DNA of 64,000 nucleotides from Podarcis cretensis (lineage: Eukaryota). This document shows positions 56,401-64,000 of this stretch, piece by piece. The position numbers and the translations under genes are program-made. The notes beneath the pieces were generated by a model. The model ran no database searches and had not been told where the DNA came from. It saw only the letters and a program-made list of their open reading frames with translations. Within the stretch, counting starts at the first letter, position 1, and every line of letters begins with the position of its first letter. The stretch is from the NCBI GenBank assembly GCA_951804945.1, contig OX638155.1, positions 47,864,001 through 47,928,000 of the forward strand, in the 5' to 3' direction.

Positions 56401-59126
56401 TTGTCAAGCCTCTGCTTAAAAACCTCCAAAGAAGGAGACTCCACCACACTCCTTGGCAGCAAATTCCACTGTCGAACAGCTCTTACTGTCAGGAAGTTCT
56501 TCCTAATGTTTAGGTGGAATCTTCTTTCTTGTAGTTTGGAGCCATTGCTCTGTGTCCGCTTCTCTGGAGCAGCAAAAAACAACCTTTCTCCCTCCTCTAT
56601 GTGACATCCTTTCATATATTTGAACATGGCTATCATATCACCCCTTAACCTCCTCTTCTCCCTCCTCTATGTGACATCCTTTTATATATTTGAACATGGC
56701 TATCATATCACCCCTTAACCTCCTCTTCTCCAGGCTAAACATGCCCAGCTCCCTTAGCCGTTCCTCATAAGGCATTGTTTCCAGGCCTTTGACCATTTTG
56801 GTTGCCCTCCTCTGGACACGTTCCAGTTTGTGAGTGTCCTTCTTGAACTGTGGTGCCCAGAACTGGACACAGTACTCCAGGTGAGGTCTGACCAGAGCAG
56901 AATACAGTGGCACTATTACTTCCCTTGATCTAGATGCTATACTCCTATTGATGCAGCCCAGAATTGCATTGGCTTTTTTAGCTGCCGCGTCACACTGTTG
57001 GCTCATGTCAAGTTTGTGGTCAACCAAGACTCCTAGATCCTTTTCACATGTACTGCTCTCAAGCCAGGTGTCACCCATCTTGTATTTGTGCCTCTCATTT
57101 TTTTTTGCCCAAGTGCAATACTTTACATTTCTCCCTGTTAAAATTCATCTGGTTTGTTTTGGCCCAGTTCTCTAATCTGTCAAGGTCGTTTTGAAGTGTG
57201 ATCCTGTCCTCTGGGGTGTTAGCCACCCCTCCCAGTTTGGTGTCATCTGCAAATTTGATCAGGATGCCCTTGAGTCCATCATCCAAGTCGTTGATAAAGA
57301 TGTTGAATAAGACCGGGCCCAAGATAGAACCCTGTGGCACCCCACTAGTCACTCTTCTCCAGGATGAAGAGGAACCATTGATGAGCACCCTTTGGATTCG
57401 GTCAGCCAGTTGGCAATGAGGCATTGCCACATCAGCTTTGTACATTAAAAAAGAATCAATGAACAAAATCTTAAATATCTGACATTAACTTTCAATTCTC
57501 AATGAGCCAGCCAGTTAAATTGCACTGTGAGTTTGTTACCTGACCAGTTCATACGTCTCTCCAAGTAATGGGTTGAATGGCTTTCCTGTACGTTCCCACT
57601 GAGAGGCAACAGCTGAGACAGCAAAGGCAGCTACACACTGTTGAAAAAGCAATTTGAACTTATATTTATGTTTGTTTAAAGCAGAAAATCTTACCAATTA
57701 TTTTGTGTGGGGTTTTTTAAAGCACTAACTCTCAGAAAGAGGTAAGCATTCAAGTAGTTAAGTATCATGAAAACACATAACGAGGATAAAGTCAATTACA
57801 ATCACCACTTTAAAAATAGAAAAACCAAAGAGTTAAGCAGTATTGCTTAATGCCAACCTAACAGCTCTGATATTCAATAGCTGGAGGCAAAATTACTTTT
57901 ATTTCATGCACAACAATGTGCACAACAGTGTTTCAGATGTTGTAATAATATGCAGCTCTCTCTATCTACCTGCATGAAAGAGTATGCTACATTCAGAGAA
58001 CACCAGATGCATTTATTTTGTGTAGAGTACCTGCATTCTTTCAACCGGGTCCAAAAGCGAACTGGCCTTATGAATTAAGTATGTATGCTCCATATATTCT
58101 GTCAGTCGCTGTAGGAAACTCAGTGGCTCGTTAAAAATTACTGGCATAGTGATCTTCGACAGCTCCTAGCAGAGTGTTAAAAGCATTTATTAAAAATGTT
58201 TACATATACTACTGCGCATTGCCAACATTATGGCTGGTATATGTCTTATCATAAAATACAGTTGGTACATATTGGGGAAGGTAGAGGGTGATATGAAAGG
58301 AATGTGGGGGGCAGGAACCCTGCCTCCCTTTTAAACAAGAGCCTGTACAGCATGCAACAGGTAGAATACTGAAGTTGTATCAGGGAAACCTGGTTTCAAA
58401 TTTCCACTAAGCCATGAAACTCACGAAATAATTCCAAGTCCCTCACTCACTCTAATCTACATCACAGGGTGGTTGTGATGATAAAATGGGCAAGGAAAAG
58501 GACCACCCTAAGCTTGAGAATATTACTAAAACACAAATCATGAAAAGAGTTGAAAGAAGGCTGATTATTTTACAGTGAGCTGAAAAACACTTAGAAGGCA
58601 TTAATGCAAAAGGGCCAGTATTAATTAAGCTGTAATTATTTTATTGTTAATTATTAATTACAATGTTAATTATTAATTGCAGCATTCATTTATGCAGAAC
58701 CTAACAGGCACTGTATAAGAAATAAAAAACCTAACAAGCTTTACCTGTAGGCTACAAACCAGAATTGATTCTCCCAACTTAGTTTCTTCCAGATGTTTTG
58801 GACGAGCTCCCATCATCCCTGACCATTGCTCATGCTGGCTGCAGCTGATAAAAGCTTGCCACACTTTTGTGACATTTGATTTTATATAAGACACACACCC
58901 ATTTACTTCTGAAATGCATGCATACATCAGTCAGTCCTTAATTCTTTTATTCAAAAGCTGGTTTGGGAGGGAGGTATCAATAATCTATTACTATACATTT
59001 ACTATAAAGACCAAGATTAAGCTTTTTATTCGAAGCTATGTTTCACCTACCATTCCAATGCACTTTCTTAAGATGCTCCAAATACTGAAATCATTTCTGG
59101 AAAACATTGGAGAAGGCAAGCTTGTC
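41358..59126 (-). CDS. OSBPL1A: OSBPL1A (oxysterol-binding protein-related protein 1, ORP1), 5'-partial, last 11 coding exons (ORD domain)
   Basis: OSBP signature [21 protein letters not shown]-terminus [12 protein letters not shown]. Exons 59126-59051, 58165-58031, 57637-57540, 56232-56050, 55057-54950, 54486-54397, 53598-53472, 50026-49910, 48314-48191, 47269-47179, 41460-41358, all GT-AG with consistent phases. Confidence 0.97.
41725..42256. mobile_element. Young non-autonomous Tc1/mariner-superfamily (Tc2/pogo-type, CCGTA ends) DNA transposon
   Basis: TA|CCGTATTTTTCGCCCTATAGGATGCAC ... GTGCGTCCTATAGGGCGAAAAATACGG|TA; 27-bp TIR with 1 mismatch; GC/CpG-rich interior. Confidence 0.92.
47179..47269 (-). 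CDS. OSBPL1A: OSBPL1A penultimate exon (91 nt) [30 protein letters not shown]
   Basis: AG/GT flanks, phase 1/2. Confidence 0.95.
48191..48314 (-). CDS. OSBPL1A: OSBPL1A exon (124 nt) [41 protein letters not shown]
   Basis: AG/GT flanks, phase 0/1. Confidence 0.95.
49045..49398 (+). mobile_element. Bov-B (RTE) LINE 3' end, 5'-truncated
   Basis: Encodes [41 protein letters not shown]; ends ggggtcatgaagagttggacacgact...(CAA)n. Confidence 0.95.
49910..50026 (-). CDS. OSBPL1A: OSBPL1A exon (117 nt) [39 protein letters not shown]
   Basis: AG/GT flanks, phase 0/0. Confidence 0.95.
52715..53000 (-). mobile_element. 3' fragment of the same non-LTR family as 165-298
   Basis: (AAT)n/(TTA)n tail then aaacattaaaaacttccctaaacagggctgccttcagatgtcttctaaaag. 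Confidence 0.6.
53472..53598 (-). CDS. OSBPL1A: OSBPL1A exon (127 nt) [20 protein letters not shown]...NNKQ
   Basis: AG/GT flanks, phase 2/0. Confidence 0.95.
54397..54486 (-). CDS. OSBPL1A: OSBPL1A exon (90 nt) [29 protein letters not shown]
   Basis: AG/GT flanks, phase 2/2. Confidence 0.95.
54950..55057 (-). CDS. OSBPL1A: OSBPL1A exon (108 nt) [35 protein letters not shown]
   Basis: AG/GT flanks, phase 2/2. Confidence 0.95.
55751..55874. repeat. AT-rich inverted repeat, ~50-bp arms and ~22-nt spacer
   Basis: 55751-55800 is the reverse complement of 55823-55874 with 3 transitions and a 2-nt indel. Confidence 0.9.
56050..56232 (-). CDS. OSBPL1A: OSBPL1A exon (183 nt) with OSBP signature EQVSHHPP
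   Basis: AG/GT flanks, phase 2/2. Confidence 0.96.
56296..57408 (-). mobile_element. CR1 LINE, 5'-truncated (~1.1 kb; RT C-terminal half and tail)
   Basis: RT motifs [20 protein letters not shown] and [25 protein letters not shown]; (ATTCTATG)n tail; frameshifted. Confidence 0.96.
57540..57637 (-). CDS. OSBPL1A: OSBPL1A exon (98 nt) [32 protein letters not shown]
   Basis: AG/GT flanks, phase 0/2. Confidence 0.95.
58031..58165 (-). CDS. OSBPL1A: OSBPL1A exon (135 nt) [26 protein letters not shown]...VERMQ
   Basis: AG/GT flanks, phase 0/0. Confidence 0.95.
59051..59126 (-). CDS. OSBPL1A: OSBPL1A exon (76 nt) [26 protein letters not shown]
   Basis: ctag| acceptor, |gtaggt donor. Confidence 0.95.
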
Positions 59127-62100
59127 CTAGAGGGGTGGGGTGGGGTGGGGAGGGGGGGGCAAGAGACCAAGTTCATTAGACCTGAATAATATACTTCTAG
59201 TTTAAGTATTTGCAGAATGAAGAGTGTATGCAATACTGACAGAACAGAAACTTGTACTACAACAGCCAACTGGTCTCCCAACCCTCAATTTTTCTATTCA
59301 AATAGGGCTCATGATACACCGCTGATCACAAACCAGATATGTACCTCAATATAAACCACCCAAATGTGCTACATAGTAGCAATAAAGATACTGCAACTTT
59401 GGTTGGGTAACCAATTCAGACTGTTTTGTCACACAGGTAGATGAGAGGATCTGTCCTCAATATAAAAGTATGAATAATTATACTAAATTTGGGTCTATGT
59501 AAGGCATTGTCATACATTTAATTAAGAACTACAGTACTTAAGGTTAAACAGCCCAGTATCTGTATGAGTAACCACAGCTCAATTTGTAAAAGCAATTTTT
59601 AAAAAACAGGACTTTAAGAAAAGATGTGCAGCTGTGTAAACGTATTTCTGAAGCACGAGAGGTGGGTAGGTGACGTCCCACTTAATTCTGGACACTTGGT
59701 AAAGGCATTAAGTATGTTAAGGAGCCTACCTTTGGGTGGGGGAAGCCTGTTCCATTTCTTTACTATGCAACTGCTTCCCCTAGTCTCATACAATTCAGTT
59801 GAGTGATGAAGTTGACTAGATTAGACTAGAAGTTGTTTGTGATCCAGACAAATTCACACCTAAGGAAGACTGTTCTGAACGGTGGGATATTATCTGGATG
59901 GCTCTCTCTTACTCTGTCCCTGCCCCAAATATATATTAAGTTGTCTTTTTTTCTTTAAGCTCAAAAACCAGTTCCAACAATGCCAAGAAAGAATGACTTT
60001 TCATGGTTGTCATTCAACGTGTTCCCGCAACAGTCTCGCTAGAATGTAGATGGGTATTGCAGCAGGTGCTAGTCATGCCTCTGTAAGAATACCGTGAGAA
60101 TGATTGCTTGAAGCAAAAAAGCCTACAAAACCAGTTTGACAAGAGCCCATAATGGAACAGGAAAAATGAACATGCATTATCACTGGAAGTAACTGTTCTA
60201 CAATGCCACTGTCCAACTCCCTGAAAGATTATCCTTGTACAAAGCCTGTACTACAGCACCTTTTGGCACCAGATGCTTCTTAATTTTGCCAACAACAGAA
60301 AATACAAATGTTTTACACTTGTATTTTTTATTTTTATTTTAAATCCCACCACCCACCACAACACCAGCTTAATTGCAAGTGGTTAGCTTTTAATCTTACA
60401 TCTTAATCAAACTCACTAGAAGGGCTATTAACCTATCTCACAGGGTTGTGAGATTAAAGTAAGCAAAAATACCTGGTAACCTGCCAAAAGCCCTTATGGC
60501 AGGAAAACCTAACTTGTATTTATCCAGTTCTAATGGTGCAAAATACATTATTAATATCTACATCAGGCCAACATAAAGTCAGTGAATTCCCCCAACCCCC
60601 TCCCCCCCCAAAAAAATAAAGCACCGTTAGCATACAAGTCAGCATGAAAAATTGAATTTTTTTTAAGGGAACAATTTTAAGCTAGGTGGCCTTTAATATA
60701 CTTGTGTACCAAAGAGATGCTGTCTTTCGAAGCATAATTTGCTCTTTTTTTTAGTCACCAGACCTGGGGAATCCCAGTCTAAATACATTCCTTCTTCCAG
60801 TATTAAATGTGTGCTCTTTGTTTTTTAAAGTAACACAAAACACAACCCTACATGTGCACTTGCTTCATGTTATAATTTTCCTCAAAAGAACACCAAAATG
60901 AATAATCTGTATATCACTAAAAACACTTGACATTTTGTAACCGGGTGTTTTACCCTTATAGTAAGATAAACAATTGGGAAAGTTGTTTTTCACTTTCCTG
61001 AGAACAGTCATCCTGGGAGTACTGTGTTCAGTCCTCATGCTATATGGAGACTGTTCAAACTAAATCTCTGCCTGCCACGAACAAAATCCTGTCCAAGTCT
61101 CTGAAAATAGTCCCAATTTCACAGTGTTGCTTCAACCTCACTGAGCCCAACAGGAAGTCAGATGGCAGACTCCTGTCATTGTACAGTTGTTTTCTTGGAT
61201 TTACTACCCATTTTGAATGTACTTCTCTACTCAACAAACTGTTTCCAAGGATCCACTAAACAGATCCAGCCTGGTGTAGTGGACCCCCAGAGTCTTCCCT
61301 CTTTTATTTTCCCTCCTTAGAGGAGACATGTTTTTGTGGCATCCTGGGCCACACATGGTAGGGAGAAGCCAAAAGCTGGGAAATCCACAAGGTTGCTTTG
61401 AACCTCCCTTTCAGATATTTTTCTGACTCCTATGGCACTGGTCAGCAGCAAGTGAGCTTCCCCAGTACCACAGCCTTTAGGAATTCCAAGGGCATCTCCA
61501 CTAAGCAGGTCAGTCACTTAGCTCAAGGCCTTAGAATTCACTCTTGTGAGAATTCACTCCCACAAGACTTGGGCCCTGCTTGTAGACTTCCCATAGGCAT
61601 TTGGTTGGAGACTGTGAGAACAGCATGCTGGACTAGATGAGTATCTGTGTCCTGATCCAGTGGGTTTTATTTTGTTTATGTCTTTATCTTCCTTTCACAA
61701 TGCATTCTTTCCCTCCTCTCCCCTCTAATTATGGTATTGCGAGCTTAGCCCTATTGCTGAGAATGCTGCCCAGTCAAGAAAGAGGTCAGCAGTGTCTTAC
61801 ACTGACAGTTTTCTCCTGTATCATGAATGAGTCTGTCCCTGTCTCTATGTTCTCAAACTACACAGCCCAGTTCCTGCCTGTGTACACCACTAAGGATATG
61901 CATGTTCAAATATTAGTGTTTCATTATTTTGTAGCACAAGAGAGAAGGCAAGCCCACAGAAAGAGAAAGCAAACACAGTGGAAAGTTGTCAGAGAAGTTG
62001 GTTTTCTGTAACTTTCCATTAAGATTAATGCTAGATTGCACAAAATTGAAGGAAACAACTGCACCCCAATAGTGAAGGTGGCTATTAAGCAAAACTTTGT

Positions 62101-64000
62101 GCGGGGGGGATGGGGACGGGACACAATTGCATAGAAATAGAATAAAATGCTCTCAGCCACCATTCAAAATTTAATAGTAACATTATTTGGGAATACCATT
62201 CAGTGCTTCCCATGTTACATGCTGCATTAGCCACATCTACACTACGTATTTCAAAACCAGTTTACCCATCAGGGCTTTCCCCCAAAGAACTCTGTGAAGA
62301 TACCCAAAGCAGTCCATGTCCCTTTATACAGCAATAGTTCAGGGCTCACTGGGTGGAAGCCATGAAGGTTAAAACAAGTTGACATTTAAAGTATAGACAT
62401 AAATATCACTTGTGAAACAGTAATGTGCTTAAGTTATATTTAGGGGACTTCTCTATCTGCCCACCCCACCCCCATTAATAATTTTTACACCCCCACCCCC
62501 ACTCCAGCTAAGCTAAGAGTACTATATCTGGGAAGGAAGTAGTGGTCCCTTCACAGGACAGGCCTGCATCCAGATAACATTTTGACTCCACTTGGTGGGA
62601 GACAGGAAGGCCCCGTTATTAAGGCAAGTGCCCAGTCCAGGATATCTGAAAAAGAATTCACAAGTGAGACAGAAGTCCTCAATTTCAGAAAAGAAAACAC
62701 TTGCATGACTCGAAGGCTCCTTAACAATATGCCTCCCTATACTTCTTTGCAACTATCATCAGCAACCAGCATTTATTACTTACTCCAGTGAAAAAGATCA
62801 GTTAAAAAAAAAAAAAGATTGTCAGAATTGATTTCATCCAAATTAGTGCAAAAGGGCAGGAAAATGTTTTCTAGTTTTAGAACTGCTTTCTTCAGTTACT
62901 CATCACGATAGAGGGCAAGGTTTATATTATTTATTTTACAGTAATCTTTATCCCTTCAGCCAAAAAAATGCCCCAACCAGTATACAGAGCAGTACAAAAC
63001 AATAGAGTCACCGCCCTCAGGGTTATAATTTAAAAAGACAACACAATGGAGAAATGCTTCAGGAGGAATGAAGAAGTAAGACGATTTGGTTCAAGTTCTT
63101 AGTGTCAAGTTCTCTTAACAAACAGCTGGGGTAGAAAAATCCAAAGAGAGGCAATCACTGGCCTCTCAGTTGCAGTGATGAAGCGAGAGGCCCTTCCCTG
63201 CTACGGCTTGATGTAATAGCTGCCACCAGGTTGCAATGGTGAGAAAGAGGAACATGATTTCTCAGCTTAATAGATTTTTAATTCTATGAAATATTTTGCT
63301 TTATTTCACTGTACTACATTTTGCATTCCTTAGGCTATATGCCCTAAACGGAATGGTATTTGTTAACTCACTAAAGCAGCTAACTATGGGCCTCCCAATT
63401 TCAATAGAGTTTCAGTGAATAAATAGGGAAGCATTATACTAAGGAAGTGTGTGTTCTGTCTCAATAAACGCATTCCTTGCACACGTTATTTGCAGAAGAC
63501 AAGCTGACACTAGTGTTTAACTTGAGCAATGCTTTTTTGTTTTTTTATTTTAAAAAACATTGTACCACTTTTACTGCTGCAATTCTGAAGGGGTACATGT
63601 GTATGTCTTCTAGCAGTTGTTTAACTGAATTTTGTAGCAAATGCTTGGTATATTTTACAACAGTAAAAAGACCTGCATTTTCATGGCAATAAAAATAAAG
63701 GCATAACCTTCAAAAACTGGCCAGGTGAATGTTCCAGTAAGTCAAAAAAAAACCACAAACAAAACAACAGTAGATAAGTTGACAAAGCCCATGGAACTTG
63801 ACCAAAATGGATCTGGAGCACATCCTGGCATAGTGACCTAAAAAGGACTGATCTACGAGGCCCAGGTAATGGGATTGCCTTAGTCAGGAACCCAAGAGAT
63901 GGCTTTAGCCAAGCCACACTCTCAGCCTCCACTTGCCATATGGGTACAATAGTTACCTACCTTACAGTATTGTTTTAGTGATGACAGCAGGGTATGCTAT

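Noticed and set aside
59730-59815. Exon-like 86-nt minus-strand segment (ctag| ... aaag|gtaggc)
   Set aside because: Length and phase are incompatible with the OSBPL1A frame and it does not resemble the expected upstream exon; no other support.

Overview
Eukaryotic genomic DNA from a squamate reptile, most likely a lacertid lizard (Sauria SINEs, a Bov-B LINE end, CR1 and squamate MITE families). It holds the conserved amniote synteny block TTC39C(+) - CABYR(+) - OSBPL1A(-). TTC39C contributes its last 12 coding exons (1187-19115, 511 aa) and a ~4.1 kb 3' UTR. CABYR is complete, with a CpG-island/TATA promoter at ~25.7-26.2 kb and CDS 27273-33758. OSBPL1A contributes its last 11 coding exons (59126-41358), covering the sterol-binding ORD domain. 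I reconstructed all exons by hand from splice sites and phase. Most ORF-track entries are intronic or repeat noise. I found no CRISPR or prokaryote-type system and cannot support a wholly new biological system. The best leads are: (1) a strong splice donor that fuses CABYR coding regions A and B into one 676-aa ORF, whereas a stop separates them in mammals; (2) a non-canonical GG 5' splice site at a required TTC39C junction; (3) phase-compatible alternative terminal exons in the last OSBPL1A intron; (4) head-to-head poly(A) signals between CABYR and OSBPL1A; (5) an (AEPEPAP)n coding minisatellite. Orthologue comparisons come from memory, not from a search.
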